A DNA stretch of 64,000 nt from Candidatus Omnitrophota bacterium (GCA_029261035.1 JAJDCD010000004.1:4765-68764); one strand, 5' to 3'. Positions 1-11,919 are shown, counted from the first letter of the stretch. Notes: a model not told the origin generated them from the letters alone. Program-made: numbers and translations.

Positions 1-71
1 TTTACTCCAAGTCTCTGTGCGTTAGAGTCACGGCCGTTCTGAACACTACCCTGACCTTTTTTATGTGCCAT
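1..71 (-). CDS. rpmA: 50S ribosomal protein L27 (5' part, runs off window)
   Basis: Reverse complement of 1-71 translates [23 protein letters not shown], the L27 N-terminus; GAGGAG RBS upstream; lies downstream of rplU. Confidence 0.95.
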   Translation of the reverse strand, partial: MAHKKGQGSVQNGRDSNAQRLGV

Positions 72-134
72 AACCACTCCTCGAATTTGATTGATCTCAC
101 ATGATTCCGTGGGCTTCAAATCAAATCATTTTAT

Positions 135-187
135 TTGGTACCCATAAGTTGGGTACCGAGTGTGCCGGGTCTTTAGACCTGGCATAC
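135..187. repeat. Double-hairpin dispersed element, copy 1 (copy 2 at 46084-46137)
   Basis: ttggtaccca-taagt-tgggtaccga and gtgtgccgggtct-tt-agacctggcatac hairpins; 27 nt (146-172) identical to 46095-46121. Confidence 0.8.
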
Positions 188-249
188 ATATAAGTGTTAT
201 TTTCCAAGCTATTACTACAACTCAAATCAATGATATAAAACGATACTAT

Positions 250-564
250 TTATGCTACGATTTCTTTAACTTTAATTTCTGTAAGATCTGCTCGAAAACC
301 TCTTTTAACTTTAGTATCTTTTCTTTTCTTAAATTTAAATGCAATTTTTTTCTTTCCTCGCATATGACGAATCACTTCACAAACTACTTTCGCCCCTTTA
401 ACTTCAGGTTGTCCCACTTGAGGGGAACCATCTTTGTTTACGAGTAATACCTTATCAACAACGAGCTCATCTCCTGGTTTAGAAGACTCTAATCGGTCAA
501 TAGATAAGATCACATCATTTTCTACTAAAAATTGTTTATTTCTAAATTCGATTACTGCGTACAC
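250..564 (-). CDS. rplU: 50S ribosomal protein L21
   Basis: MYAVIEFRNKQFLV...KK.IAFKFKKRK...GFRADLTEIKV; upstream of rpmA. Confidence 0.95.
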   Translation of the reverse strand: MYAVIEFRNKQFLVENDVILSIDRLESSKPGDELVVDKVLLVNKDGSPQVGQPEVKGAKVVCEVIRHMRGKKKIAFKFKKRKDTKVKRGFRADLTEIKVKEIVA

Positions 565-597
565 GGCAATTTCCTTCCTTTTCCAATAAAGCGGCAG

Positions 598-626
598 ATT
601 TTAGGTAAAATCGTGGTACATGTCAA
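598..626 (-). promoter_or_regulatory. sigma70-type promoter for rplU-rpmA
   Basis: TTGACA-N17-TAAAAT on the minus strand ~35 nt upstream of the rplU GTG. Confidence 0.7.
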
Positions 627-671
627 CAATTTTACACCTTCACTCTATTAGCTTATTAGCTTTTAATTTCC

Positions 672-1244
672 TTAGATCTCTCTAATATCCTTTTCCTTCT
701 GCTCCAGAAGACTCTCTACATCTTTCACAAATTGATCTGTAACTTTCTGGATATCCTTCTGAGAGTCAAACAAATCGTCTTCTGTAATTTCTTTAGCTGA
801 CTCAAGCTTCTTACAAGCATCAATACCTTCGTGCCTTGCAGCTCTTAAAGAAATTTTTCCTTCTTCAGCTACCTTTTTAATTAACTTAGACAACTCATTT
901 CTTCTTTCATCCGTAAGTTGCGGAACTGATATTCTAATTACTTTTCCATCAACAATTGGGTTTAAACCCAAATCTGACTTCTGAATCCCTTTTTCTATCT
1001 CTCCCAAAGCTCCGGCATCCCAAGGCTGAATTAAAACCGTTTTAGGATCTGGAATAGAAAGATTTGCTAAATTTTTAATTGGTGTAGACGTTCCGTAATA
1101 ATCAACTGTAATTCCTTCAACAATTGCAACGTTGGCTCTTCCTGTTCTTAAAGAGCTAAAATCTTTCTTAACTGCCTCTACAGATTTGTTCATTCTAGAT
1201 TCTACTTCATTTAACACATCTTGAACTGTTTTAACATCTTCCAT
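672..1244 (-). CDS. frr: Ribosome recycling factor
   Basis: LRTGRAN, YYG..TP, IQPWD, GLNP, P.LT.ERR motifs; follows pyrH. Confidence 0.97.
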   Translation of the reverse strand: MEDVKTVQDVLNEVESRMNKSVEAVKKDFSSLRTGRANVAIVEGITVDYYGTSTPIKNLANLSIPDPKTVLIQPWDAGALGEIEKGIQKSDLGLNPIVDGKVIRISVPQLTDERRNELSKLIKKVAEEGKISLRAARHEGIDACKKLESAKEITEDDLFDSQKDIQKVTDQFVKDVESLLEQKEKDIREI

Positions 1245-1259
1245 TGAACGGCTCTCTTT

Positions 1260-2036
<777 letters not shown>

Positions 2037-2630
2037 CTATTCAGCGCCTAGCTCAAAACGAGCAAAGCGACGAACAATTATATTTTCGCCAATCTTAGCA
2101 ACAATTTCAGTTACCATTTCTTTAATGGTTTTACTGTCATCTTTAATATACTTCTGATTCAGCAAGCATATTTCTTCGTATTTCTTTTCGATCTTACCTT
2201 GCAAAATTTTCTCTATGACTTCTTCTGGTTTTCCTTGGACCTGAGCTCGAAGAATCTCTTTTTCCTTTTCAATAAACTCTTGCGGAACTTCATCAGATGA
2301 AACATATTGAGGGTTTGTAGCTGCAATCTGCATTGCTACTTCTTTAACAAAAGAAGCAAAATCTTCCGTCCTCGCAACAAAGTCCGTTTCACAATTCACT
2401 TCAAGCAAAACACCTATCTTCCCACCCATGTGGATATAAGAGGTAACAAGCCCATCATTAGCTGCTCGACCCGATTTCTTGGTCGCCTTGTCCATTCCCT
2501 TTTTTCTTAAAAACTCTATCGCTTTATCTAGATCTCCATTAGATTCTGACAAAGCCTGCTTGCAGTCCATAATACCTGCACTCGTTCTTTCTCTTAATTC
2601 TTTAATTGTCTCTGAAGTTACTGCACTCAT
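2037..2630 (-). CDS. tsf: Elongation factor Ts (short form)
   Basis: IKELRERTSAGIMDCKQAL, EVNCETDFVA, VRRFARFELG. Confidence 0.97.
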   Translation of the reverse strand: MSAVTSETIKELRERTSAGIMDCKQALSESNGDLDKAIEFLRKKGMDKATKKSGRAANDGLVTSYIHMGGKIGVLLEVNCETDFVARTEDFASFVKEVAMQIAATNPQYVSSDEVPQEFIEKEKEILRAQVQGKPEEVIEKILQGKIEKKYEEICLLNQKYIKDDSKTIKEMVTEIVAKIGENIIVRRFARFELGAE

Positions 2631-2645
2631 AGCTAGTTACCGTCC

Positions 2646-3467
2646 TTAAGATTTAGTTGTTGAAGCAGCTTCAGAATCAGAGGATTTTTTATCCTCACCT
2701 TTTACGGGTTCTTTGGATTCTTCTATAACTTCTTCAGATACTGGTTCTGGTTTTTCTGATTCAGGAGTTGGTGAAGTTCTGTCGAACGTTTTTCTTCCTT
2801 CTAGAACAACCTCACTCATGACATGACAAAATAATTTCACAGCACGAATCGCATCATCATTGGCTGGAATTGGAAAATCAATTGGATCTGGGTCACAATT
2901 TGTGTCTACAAGAGCTATTACTGGAATTTTCAACCTATTCGCTTCTTTAACAGCAATCTCTTCTTTTTTAGGATCAATCACGAAAACAGCTGACGGAGTA
3001 CGGTTCATATTTCTAACACCCGCTAAGTTCTTGTTCAGCTTTTCTCTTTCTTTCTTAAGCTGAAGAACTTCTTTCTTCGTAATAAAATCATATGTGCCTT
3101 CTCTTTCCATCTTATCTAATTCATCCAGACGAGAAATGCTCTTCCTCACGGTAGAGAAATTGGTCAACATCCCACCCAACCAACGTTCGTTCACGTAAGG
3201 CATACTGCATTTTTCGGCAGATTCTCTTATAGGGTCTTTCGCTTGTTTCTTAGTCCCTACGAACAAAACTTCTTGACCATCACTTGCAACAGACAATAAA
3301 AAATCACACGCTTTTTTAAAGCTAACCAATGTCTTTTCTAGGTCAATAATATAAATGCCATTTTTTTCTCCAAAAATAAACTTAGACATTTTTGGATTCC
3401 ATCTTTTAGTCTGATGGCCAAAATGGACACCTGCTTCTAATAATTGTTTTAAATTTAGCTGAGCCAA
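2646..3467 (-). CDS. rpsB: 30S ribosomal protein S2 (probable TTG start at 3467)
   Basis: [45 protein letters not shown]; AGGAGG RBS before the TTG. Confidence 0.97.
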   Translation of the reverse strand: MAQLNLKQLLEAGVHFGHQTKRWNPKMSKFIFGEKNGIYIIDLEKTLVSFKKACDFLLSVASDGQEVLFVGTKKQAKDPIRESAEKCSMPYVNERWLGGMLTNFSTVRKSISRLDELDKMEREGTYDFITKKEVLQLKKEREKLNKNLAGVRNMNRTPSAVFVIDPKKEEIAVKEANRLKIPVIALVDTNCDPDPIDFPIPANDDAIRAVKLFCHVMSEVVLEGRKTFDRTSPTPESEKPEPVSEEVIEESKEPVKGEDKKSSDSEAASTTKS

Positions 3468-3523
3468 TGAATTCTTTCCTCCTGTGTTATGCACACTTTT
3501 TACTTATGACAAATTGGCCGGTT

Positions 3524-3551
3524 ATTATACTAAATTAAAGGTATTCGGCAA
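3524..3551 (-). promoter_or_regulatory. Putative sigma70 promoter of rpsB-tsf-pyrH-frr
   Basis: TTGCCG-N16-TATAAT on the minus strand. Confidence 0.55.
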
Positions 3552-3645
3552 GTATTTTTTAACTAGGGTTTTGATATCACGAGCTTAGATTTGATTTATA
3601 CCTAATTAGCCTATAGAACACTCTTTGGTAGGGAGTCGAAAGTAA

Positions 3646-4026
3646 AGGTGGAATGCGAATAAGCCGGATTCTGTCATCTTAGGGATATTTCCCTAAGAAG
3701 AGTTATCATTTATCTAGGGTTTCCCTCTCAAGAAACCTCATACGGCCAACCCGAAGCTCATAACGGAATGGGTCATTCCTCGCTCCCTATTGGGCCTTTC
3801 TTCAGGCGGGGTTTACCAAGCAGACCTCATCACTAAGGCCTCTGGTGGTCTCTTACACCACCTTTTCACCCTTACCTTGACGAATCAAGGCGGTTTATTT
3901 TCTGTGGCACTTTCCGTCTATTCTAAAAGAATAGCCTGGGAGTTACCCAGCGCCACACCCTGCGAAGCCCGGACTTTCCTCATCCTTGAACAAATTCAAG
4001 AACGCGATAACTACTGCATTCCACCT
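3646..4026 (-). ncRNA. rnpB: RNase P RNA (type A)
   Basis: Minus strand contains GAGGAAAGUCCGGGC near the 5' end and ACAGAAUCCGGCUUA near the 3' end; terminal P1 helix formed by 3646-3656 and 4016-4026. Confidence 0.96.
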
Positions 4027-4100
4027 AGAACTCAATTCCAATGAACGTTTCACATTGGGAATCCCCTTATTTCCCTTACACTACAATTAAACACAATCCT

Positions 4101-5198
4101 CTAACTTCTCACAACCTTAAAAATCAAAAAAGACCCAATAGAGCCCAAAACTATATTGGGCAACCATAAAGCTATCGCAGGAGGTACTACGCCTCCAATA
4201 GCAAGCGTATCTGTCCAAACGAAAAAGACGTAATAGATACAAATCAACCCCAAGGCAATGCTAAAACTAATTATAGGCTCACCTCTTCGAGTTATAATCG
4301 CCAGAGGGAGGCCTAAAAGAATAAAAATAATGGGTGCCATGGATATAGAAATCTTTTTGTAAAGCTCTGACTCTATCTTAAGCCTTCCCTTTTCTTCTTT
4401 AACGTTAGGTAGCTTCAACATCAATTCATCCAAACTCATATCTTTTTCCTTTTTATTCACCTTCCCATTTTGAGGTTGGTTATTGCCGGTAAAAAGAGGG
4501 GGTAACTCAAATGTTTCAAAATCTAATTTATAAAAAACATTGGGATCATCTGGGTTTCCTTCATCAATTGTTCCATCGTAAAGCTTTAAGCTCAACATTC
4601 TTTCTTCCGGTGAAGAAAGAATCTCTCCTCTGTCTGCAAGTATCGTTCTAATTGGCTTATCCCCTTCAGATTGATAAATGGTAATTCCCTTTAGATTCTC
4701 ACCATCAATTTCCTGAATTAAAATCACATAACCTTTAAATTCTTTAATAAATCTCCCCGCTTCCAAATAAGCAAGTGGTTTGTTTAAAAACATATTTTTT
4801 ACTTGCTCTCTATATTCATGCCTTGTTTTTGAAATGAGATGATCATTAATAAACAAAGACACAAAACTAAGCAGAACCCCAACAAGAAGGGTCGGTATCA
4901 TAACTCGAAAAATATTAATCCCACAGGCCTTCATCGCAATAACTTCGTTGGATTGCGCAAAACCACCATACACAAGCAGAACAGCCGTTAAGGCGCTCAT
5001 AGGCAAAGTAAAGCTAAGTAGTTTAGGCATTAACAGTAACAATAGTTTTGCAACATCAAAAATATTAACACCCTTATTTAATAAAAGGTCCGCTAACCTC
5101 ACCAAATTCCCCACCAAAAACATAAAGGTAAACACCCCTAAGGAAATCAAAAAAGGCAATATAAGCTGCTGCAATGTATATTTTCTTAAAATTTTCAT
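4101..5198 (-). CDS. LptF/LptG family LPS export permease
   Basis: MKILRKY start, 3 TM + 'SNEVIAMKACGIN' + beta-jellyroll + 3 TM ending 'ALWLPNIV'; start moved to Met22 of the ORF track. Confidence 0.9.
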   Translation of the reverse strand: MKILRKYTLQQLILPFLISLGVFTFMFLVGNLVRLADLLLNKGVNIFDVAKLLLLLMPKLLSFTLPMSALTAVLLVYGGFAQSNEVIAMKACGINIFRVMIPTLLVGVLLSFVSLFINDHLISKTRHEYREQVKNMFLNKPLAYLEAGRFIKEFKGYVILIQEIDGENLKGITIYQSEGDKPIRTILADRGEILSSPEERMLSLKLYDGTIDEGNPDDPNVFYKLDFETFELPPLFTGNNQPQNGKVNKKEKDMSLDELMLKLPNVKEEKGRLKIESELYKKISISMAPIIFILLGLPLAIITRRGEPIISFSIALGLICIYYVFFVWTDTLAIGGVVPPAIALWLPNIVLGSIGSFLIFKVVRS

Positions 5199-5345
5199 AA
5201 ATAATTCCGTCTCATAGACATCCATCTTAGTCCAAAATGAAGAGCTTAGTATATCACACAAACAAAAAGCTCGAATACTTCTAAAATAGGGTCAAAGTTA
5301 TAGAAATGATATTTAAAACGGTAAAAACTGGAATGAAAAGGGGTA

Positions 5346-5375
5346 TCCAGAACGAGAATAAATCCTCGTTCTGGA
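5346..5375 (-). terminator. Hairpin downstream of rpoD
   Basis: tccagaacgag / ctcgttctgga perfect 11-bp stem just after the rpoD stop. Confidence 0.6.
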
Positions 5376-5383
5376 AAAAGGAA

Positions 5384-7225
5384 TTACTCGCTGAGACGAA
5401 TATCTAAAAAGCTCTTAAGCTTTCTAGATCGGGTTGGGTGACGCAATTTACGAAGCGCTTTTGCTTCAATCTGACGAACCCGTTCTCGAGTAACATTAAA
5501 AATTTTACCAACTTCCTCAAGAGTTCTAGGATAACCATCTCCGATCCCGAATCGAAGCCGTAAGACTTTCTCTTCTCTTTCAGTCAAAGATTCAAGAACA
5601 TCATCCATTTGCTCTTTTAACATAGAATAAGCGGTTGCATTCGCAGGAGAAATCGCAGACTTATCTTCAATGAAGTCACCAAAATTCGTGTCTCCTTCAT
5701 CCCCAATAGGGGTCTGAAGACTAATCGGTTCCTGAGCGATCTTCAAGATACCTTTTACTTTTTCAATAGGCATCTTCATCACTTTCGCCACTTCTTCAGG
5801 AGTTGGTTCCCGTCCTGTTTCTTGAACTAAATGACGAGACGCACGATAAAACTTATTAATGGTCTCAATCATATGTACAGGAATACGAATCGTTCTCGCC
5901 TGATCCGCAATACTTCGCGTAATAGCTTGTCTAATCCACCAAGTAGCATAAGTTGAGAATTTATATCCTCTTTTATACTCAAACTTATCCACGGCCTTCA
6001 TCAAACCAATATTCCCTTCTTGAATCAAATCCAAAAAGGTTAAACCGCGATTGGTATACTTCTTGGCTATACTAACAACCAAACGAAGGTTGGCAGCAAC
6101 AAGATCTTTTTTAGCTAAGATCAATTCTTTCTGGCATTTCGAAACTCCTTTTAAATGAGTCACGATAGCCGCTTCATCCTCAGCTAAATATTCTTGTAGT
6201 TCCTTAACACTTTCTTTTACTTCAGCTAATCGTTTTTTCTGCTCTTTATCTTTACTCGCCTTAAGCTTAGCAGCCTCTTTCTTTCGAGCTCGCAGTAATT
6301 CTAGCTTAGAACGAATATCAATAACTGTTTTTTCAACGATATCAATTTGAATTTTAAACTGCATTAAAAGATCAACTAGGTTAGCTCCTTTTTTACTAGC
6401 TTTTAATTTACGAGTTAAACTTTTCATCTTCTTGCTAGTAACAGGGTTGGTTTGTGTAATATCACCATCAACGACACTTTCCAAGGTAATCTCGCCCTTT
6501 GAAATTCTATTCGCAATATCAAGAAGCACCTGCCTTGACACAGCTGCTTTATAAACGGAAATCTTCACTTTATCTTCAGCCTCTTCAATACGCTTAGCTA
6601 ATCTAATTTCTTCTTCACGACTCAAAAGAGGAATCTGCCCCATCTGTCTTAAATACATACGAACAGGGTCATCCATCTTAGCTGCACGCTCTAACTCACC
6701 GGCTGCTTCAATACCATCTCCCTTAGATTCTTTAGAGTCAGCAGCAGCTCCCGCTACGGGCTTTTGACCTGGTTTACCTGCAGGACGGTCCGTTAGTTCA
6801 ATTTGTTGACTCGCAAGCAAAGTCACCACATCTTCAATCTTATTAACAGAATTCACAGCCCCTGGTAAAAAATCATTGATTTGCTCATAGGTCATATAAC
6901 CTTGTTTTTTACCTACCGCCAAGAGTTTCGAAAGAGATTTTTCATAATCATTCTCACTATACTTCCCTTGGTGTTTTTTCTTATCTTGTTTTTTGTCTAC
7001 CTTAGATTCTTTTACTTTTTTAGACGAAGAAACTTTTTTAATAGGTTTTTTAGTCTTAAGCGTTTTTTTAGAAGCTTTTTTAGTTGCAGTTTTTTTAACT
7101 GCCTTTTTTTTAGGCTTCTTACTAGACGCAGACTTAGGCTTAGACTTAGCGACTACTTTCTTCTTAGCCTTTTTCACAACTTTCTTTTTCGAAGTTTTAG
7201 ATTTCGTTTTCTTGTTTTTTTTCAT
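5384..7225 (-). CDS. rpoD: RNA polymerase primary sigma factor with Lys-rich N-terminal extension
   Basis: [68 protein letters not shown]; downstream of dnaG. Confidence 0.98.
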   Translation of the reverse strand: MKKNKKTKSKTSKKKVVKKAKKKVVAKSKPKSASSKKPKKKAVKKTATKKASKKTLKTKKPIKKVSSSKKVKESKVDKKQDKKKHQGKYSENDYEKSLSKLLAVGKKQGYMTYEQINDFLPGAVNSVNKIEDVVTLLASQQIELTDRPAGKPGQKPVAGAAADSKESKGDGIEAAGELERAAKMDDPVRMYLRQMGQIPLLSREEEIRLAKRIEEAEDKVKISVYKAAVSRQVLLDIANRISKGEITLESVVDGDITQTNPVTSKKMKSLTRKLKASKKGANLVDLLMQFKIQIDIVEKTVIDIRSKLELLRARKKEAAKLKASKDKEQKKRLAEVKESVKELQEYLAEDEAAIVTHLKGVSKCQKELILAKKDLVAANLRLVVSIAKKYTNRGLTFLDLIQEGNIGLMKAVDKFEYKRGYKFSTYATWWIRQAITRSIADQARTIRIPVHMIETINKFYRASRHLVQETGREPTPEEVAKVMKMPIEKVKGILKIAQEPISLQTPIGDEGDTNFGDFIEDKSAISPANATAYSMLKEQMDDVLESLTEREEKVLRLRFGIGDGYPRTLEEVGKIFNVTRERVRQIEAKALRKLRHPTRSRKLKSFLDIRLSE

Positions 7226-7318
7226 TAGAGAACGCTCTCCTTATAAATTTATACTCTTACCGCTAAAGCCAAACGCTTCAAAGGTATTTCTCTATTACAA
7301 CTTCATTACAAAAAACAA

Positions 7319-9115
7319 CTAAGCAACTACTTTTCTCTCAGATAACAATGTTTGATAAAGCTTCATATATTTTGAGGCTTCGACTTTATTGCCGTTCGCC
7401 TCTGCTTGCTTCATCTTGGACATCAAATCTTTTAGTTTTATATCGTAATTACTCAACTGCGCTTTTTTTAAACAATCATGAAATGCTTTATGAACATCCT
7501 CTTCAGACATATCCATAAAGGACAAACTCACAAAATAAGATTTTTTCTTCTCATCTACTATCTGCGGAAGAATTTCATTTATAGAAACATTCCCGCCTTC
7601 ATCCATTTGTTTCTGTTTTAAAAAACGAAACACTTTTCTGGCTTCTAAATCAAAAAAGTCCAACTCATTAAGATGACTTAAAAGCGTTTCTTTGTACTCT
7701 TTATACTGCGTTACAAGCTGAAGTAATTGCCATTCATGCTGCACCAATGAAGTTTTTTCATTTTGAGAACCCTTAGAAACAGAAGCTGTCACATTAGGTG
7801 ACTTTTTTTGCTTAGCAATAAATTTCTTATACTCGTTTCTTAAAGATACTTCATCAACACTTATTTCATGGCTCAATCTTCTCAAATAACGATCTACCAA
7901 AACTGAATTCTTAACCTTCGACAACAATTCCAAAAACTCATTTGTTATTTTCACCAGACCTGTTGCATCGTTAACATCATGAACTTTTAACAGATAGGCT
8001 AATTTATAATCAAAAACATCTTTAGCTTCATTTAATAAATTTTGAAATGCCTCCCGTCCCTGTTCTTTCAAAAAATCGTCCGGGTCTTTCCCCGAAGGTA
8101 ATGACAACAACTTTACATTCATTCCTTCTTCTATCAAAACATCTATTCCGCGTAGACTCGCCGCTTCTCCAGCTTTGTCCCCATCATAAATTAATATTGC
8201 TTCATCCACATAACGCTTCAGCAAATAACAATGCTCTTTAGTCAGAGAAGTGCCTAAAGTTGCAATTGAATTTGTAAACTCATATTGCGTTAAAGATAAA
8301 ACATCTAAATAACCTTCAACAATAATCAGTTGAGCTTTATCCGTGCGTAGATTTTTTTTTGCTAAATCTAAACCATAAAAAATACTTCGTTTTTGAAATG
8401 TTTCCGTTTCCGGAGAATTTAAGTATTTAGGGTTTCCGTCATTACCCAGGATACGGCCTCCAAAAGCCACTACTTTTCCCTGCGTATTCAATATAGGAAA
8501 GATAACACGTTTTCTAAAAAGGTCAAATAATCTCCCTTTTTCACTCTTTCGTATTAAACCCGAATCCAATAAAAGGGCGTCCGAATAACCCTTTTTCCTT
8601 AAAAACTCATATAGTCCCTGCCAAGCATCCGTAGCATACCCAACCTTATACATATCAATTACTTGGGGTGAATAGTTTCTATCAAGCATATATTTTTGAG
8701 CCTGAGCCCCAAGCTGAGGGTCTTTATATACATTCTGATAATACTCTGCTGATAAACGACCTATTTCGTATAACTTCTCTTTTTTCCCAGTAGGAGCACC
8801 TCCAATCCTTCCCCCACCTTGCTTTCGATCTGGCAATACCATCTGAACTCGATTAGCCAGTTTTTGGAGTGCCTCGGGAAAGTTTAAATTCTCCACTTTC
8901 ATAACAAAACTAAAAACATCTCCTCCAGCATGACAACCAAAACAATGAAAAATCTGACGTTCAGGATTTACCACAAACGAAGCAGACCTTTCTTCATGAA
9001 AAGGGCAACAAGCTTTAAAGTTTCTTCCCGCTTTTTTTAAGGGTAAATACTCCGATATAATTTCCACAATATCATTACGTGATGCGACCTGATTAACAAT
9101 AGGGTCTAACGACAA
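7319..9115 (-). CDS. dnaG: DNA primase
   Basis: CPFH...CFGC zinc ribbon, KYLNSPET, VEGYLDV and YDGDKAG TOPRIM, KDPDD. Confidence 0.97.
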   Translation of the reverse strand: MSLDPIVNQVASRNDIVEIISEYLPLKKAGRNFKACCPFHEERSASFVVNPERQIFHCFGCHAGGDVFSFVMKVENLNFPEALQKLANRVQMVLPDRKQGGGRIGGAPTGKKEKLYEIGRLSAEYYQNVYKDPQLGAQAQKYMLDRNYSPQVIDMYKVGYATDAWQGLYEFLRKKGYSDALLLDSGLIRKSEKGRLFDLFRKRVIFPILNTQGKVVAFGGRILGNDGNPKYLNSPETETFQKRSIFYGLDLAKKNLRTDKAQLIIVEGYLDVLSLTQYEFTNSIATLGTSLTKEHCYLLKRYVDEAILIYDGDKAGEAASLRGIDVLIEEGMNVKLLSLPSGKDPDDFLKEQGREAFQNLLNEAKDVFDYKLAYLLKVHDVNDATGLVKITNEFLELLSKVKNSVLVDRYLRRLSHEISVDEVSLRNEYKKFIAKQKKSPNVTASVSKGSQNEKTSLVQHEWQLLQLVTQYKEYKETLLSHLNELDFFDLEARKVFRFLKQKQMDEGGNVSINEILPQIVDEKKKSYFVSLSFMDMSEEDVHKAFHDCLKKAQLSNYDIKLKDLMSKMKQAEANGNKVEASKYMKLYQTLLSERKVVA

Positions 9116-9170
9116 CTTTTTTCTCCTCGATTACCTAAAACTCAAGATGCTCTTTTAAGGTTTTTGATTT

Positions 9171-9752
9171 TTATGTCACAATTATTTGAGGTTCCATTCG
9201 AATAGGCGGCAACTTAATAACCTTATTCACCTGTTTATATAAATTGGGAGCCAATGTTGAAATAAAAGGGCCTACCATTGAATTTTTTGAGTAAGACTTA
9301 CTAATAAAAGACATGTTCAATAATAACAATATAGTTGAAAATAAGGAAAAAATAACAACATACCGTCCAAAACCTAAAAGCAAACCACCTATCTTATCCA
9401 AAACATGTGCAAATCGAACTTCAGCTAATTGTCCTAATAAAAGTAATGCATAATAAAAAAAGATCGTACTAAAAGTAAGCAGTACAAAGAAAGCAACCGG
9501 CATGCCTAATCCTTGTGGTAAAAATGCATTTCGTTTAATCCAAATCCCCATAGGATCATAAAAATAGAATGCCACCATCAAAGCTCCTACCGTAGAAATG
9601 ACTTTCAACGTTTCTTTGGCTAATCCGTGACGGTACCCGGAAAACATCCCCAAAACAACAAATAGCATAAAAACCACATCAACCCAACCAACCTTCATAG
9701 TTTCAATTGTTTCTGTAACATTTTGTGCTATCACTAAAAAAGCAAAGTCCAT
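9171..9752 (-). CDS. cvpA: CvpA (colicin V production) family membrane protein
   Basis: WVDVV...GYRHGL.KE and LDKIGGLLLG motifs; 4 TM segments. Confidence 0.85.
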   Translation of the reverse strand: MDFAFLVIAQNVTETIETMKVGWVDVVFMLFVVLGMFSGYRHGLAKETLKVISTVGALMVAFYFYDPMGIWIKRNAFLPQGLGMPVAFFVLLTFSTIFFYYALLLLGQLAEVRFAHVLDKIGGLLLGFGRYVVIFSLFSTILLLLNMSFISKSYSKNSMVGPFISTLAPNLYKQVNKVIKLPPIRMEPQIIVT

Positions 9753-9783
9753 ATCAGTTCCTTTACCGTTTTGAAAAAATTAA

Positions 9784-11124
9784 TTATGAAACAAGCTCTC
9801 CAAAAACACGATCTTTTCTATTCTCTTTAACTTCAACCCAAGCAAATTCCCCAACATTCACATCTTCAGCATTAAACTCCACCAAAATATAATTAGGGGT
9901 TCTCCCACGATAGAAAACCTCACCTGTCTCTTTCCGATCCACTTTTTCTTCTACCAAAACGTGAAGCCTTGTGTTTATTGTTCCATCCAAATATTCGGAT
10001 TGCCACCCTCTTCCTTCAGCCTGTAAAAACTTGATGCGTCTATCTGCTTCTGAATGTTCAATCGTATCTTCCATGCGAGCTGCTCGAGTTCCCTCTCGAG
10101 GGCTGTACGGAAAGGCATGAATTTTTAATGGCTTTAATTCATTTAAAAGCTCTATCGTATTTTGAAATTGCTCTTGCGTCTCCCCAGGGAAACCCGTCAT
10201 AACATCACAGGTCAAAGCAAAGAAATCAACTTTACGATTAATTTTATGGACCAATTCCTTATAAAATTTAGGGCCATAACGTCGATTCATATTTTTCAAG
10301 ACTTCTGCGTCTCCGCTCTGTAAAGCTATGTGCAAATGCGGGCAAAATTTAGGACTTTCTGCCATCAACTGAATGAGCTCATCTGAAACATCCGTAGGCT
10401 CAATAGAGGAAAGTCTTAGTCTTTCTAAACCAGAAACCTCTAACAACCTTCGACACAAAGAAGCCAACGATTCCGAATCACCCAAACCATCTCCATAAGC
10501 CCCCAACTGAATCCCCGCTAATACAACTTCTTTAAAACCTGCTCTAACTAAAGTCTCAGCCTCCTCAACCACTTCATCAAATCTTCGACTCCGTGCACGA
10601 CCTCGAACTATCACCACTTTACAAAAAGCACAAGCGTGATTACATCCATCCTGAATTTTAACAAAGGCACGTGCTCGCCCTTCAAAAGAAGATACGGACA
10701 AATCAGAATAACGATCCCTTCCATGCATCTTATCTTCCTCTTGACCTCGACATTGAGAAAACTCCGAGTTCTCAATATCAAAATGCAGCAACGCTTTCTC
10801 AACAATCAAATCTTTTTCATTTTGTCTTAAAACTTCAGTAACACCTTCAATTTCTAAAATTTCTTCCACATTTCTCTCAGCATAACACCCTGTCACAATA
10901 ATCTTAGTCTCAGGATTCACACGATGCATTTTTCGAATTAAGTATCTACTCTTACGATCACTTTCAGCTGTCACCGTACAGGTATTTAAAACAAATAGAT
11001 CGGCTTCGTCTAAATTTTTAGTCTCCACAAAACCGGACTTAAAGAGTTTTTCTCTCATAGCCTGCGTTTCATATTGATTCACTCTACAACCCAACGTTTG
11101 AAATTTTACTTTTTTAAGCTTCAT
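9784..11124 (-). CDS. mtaB: tRNA ms2t6A methylthiotransferase (radical SAM)
   Basis: TLGCRVNQYET, NTCTVT, KIQDGCNHACAFC, HAFPYSPREGT, C-terminal TRAM; next to rsmE; start at Met15 of the ORF track. Confidence 0.92.
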   Translation of the reverse strand: MKLKKVKFQTLGCRVNQYETQAMREKLFKSGFVETKNLDEADLFVLNTCTVTAESDRKSRYLIRKMHRVNPETKIIVTGCYAERNVEEILEIEGVTEVLRQNEKDLIVEKALLHFDIENSEFSQCRGQEEDKMHGRDRYSDLSVSSFEGRARAFVKIQDGCNHACAFCKVVIVRGRARSRRFDEVVEEAETLVRAGFKEVVLAGIQLGAYGDGLGDSESLASLCRRLLEVSGLERLRLSSIEPTDVSDELIQLMAESPKFCPHLHIALQSGDAEVLKNMNRRYGPKFYKELVHKINRKVDFFALTCDVMTGFPGETQEQFQNTIELLNELKPLKIHAFPYSPREGTRAARMEDTIEHSEADRRIKFLQAEGRGWQSEYLDGTINTRLHVLVEEKVDRKETGEVFYRGRTPNYILVEFNAEDVNVGEFAWVEVKENRKDRVFGELVS

Positions 11125-11128
11125 TTTC

Positions 11129-11875
11129 TTACACCAATAATTTGAATATGGAAGATAAAGCAACAAATGCTGTTTCTGCTCTTAAAATACTACTTCCTAA
11201 TTGCACAATAGAAACATTAGCAGCTTTCATACTCTGAATCTCTGATTCGGAGAAACCACCTTCAGGTCCAATCAACAACAAAATCTTTACAGGGCTAACT
11301 GACCCAGCTTGTTTTTGTAAGATTTTCTGAACTACTTCTTTCAGAACTAAAGCATCCCTATCCGGATGAAAAGCAAAACTATAATCAAACTCTGCCGTTT
11401 GTTCAAGCACCTTCTCTAAAGAACTTAATTCCCCTAGGGAAAATGGCCTAATATTTCCACTTTGTTTTCGAGCAGCTGTCAAAATCCTCTTCCACCGCTC
11501 TAGAACCTTTGAATAGGCACTTTGTTTTAATTGATATGCTGAAAACTCTGTCATTACAGGAATAAGCTCATGCAAACCAATCTCACAAGCCTTTTCAACC
11601 AACTCATCCATTTTCTGTTTATGTAAGAATCCTTGCGCTACAGAAAGAAGGATATTCTCTGGCTTTTTTTGAACTTCTTTCAAAATACGAACTTGCACTT
11701 TGGAATCACTAGAAATAGAAGATATCTCAGCTTCATATTCTTTTCCTGAGGAATCAAATACAAGCAGCTTGTCTCCTTCTGAAAACCGCAAAACTTTAAC
11801 TGCATGACGACTTTCTTCAGCATTCAACCAAAGACAACATTCTTCTTCTATGTGGTCAACAAAAAATCTTCTCAT
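11129..11875 (-). CDS. rsmE: 16S rRNA m3U1498 methyltransferase
   Basis: HAVKVLR, KACEIG, IGPEGGFS, LG..ILRAETA. Confidence 0.95.
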   Translation of the reverse strand: MRRFFVDHIEEECCLWLNAEESRHAVKVLRFSEGDKLLVFDSSGKEYEAEISSISSDSKVQVRILKEVQKKPENILLSVAQGFLHKQKMDELVEKACEIGLHELIPVMTEFSAYQLKQSAYSKVLERWKRILTAARKQSGNIRPFSLGELSSLEKVLEQTAEFDYSFAFHPDRDALVLKEVVQKILQKQAGSVSPVKILLLIGPEGGFSESEIQSMKAANVSIVQLGSSILRAETAFVALSSIFKLLV

Positions 11876-11919
11876 TGAATATTATTAATATCAGGAAGGA
11901 TCATAATTAGAAAAATAAA

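Noticed and set aside
72-249. Prp (YsxB) protease gene between rplU and rpmA
   Set aside because: Gap is too short, holds a hairpin repeat, and L27 begins directly MAHKK without a cleavable extension.
3790-4044. 84-aa plus-strand ORF
   Set aside because: Antisense to RNase P RNA.
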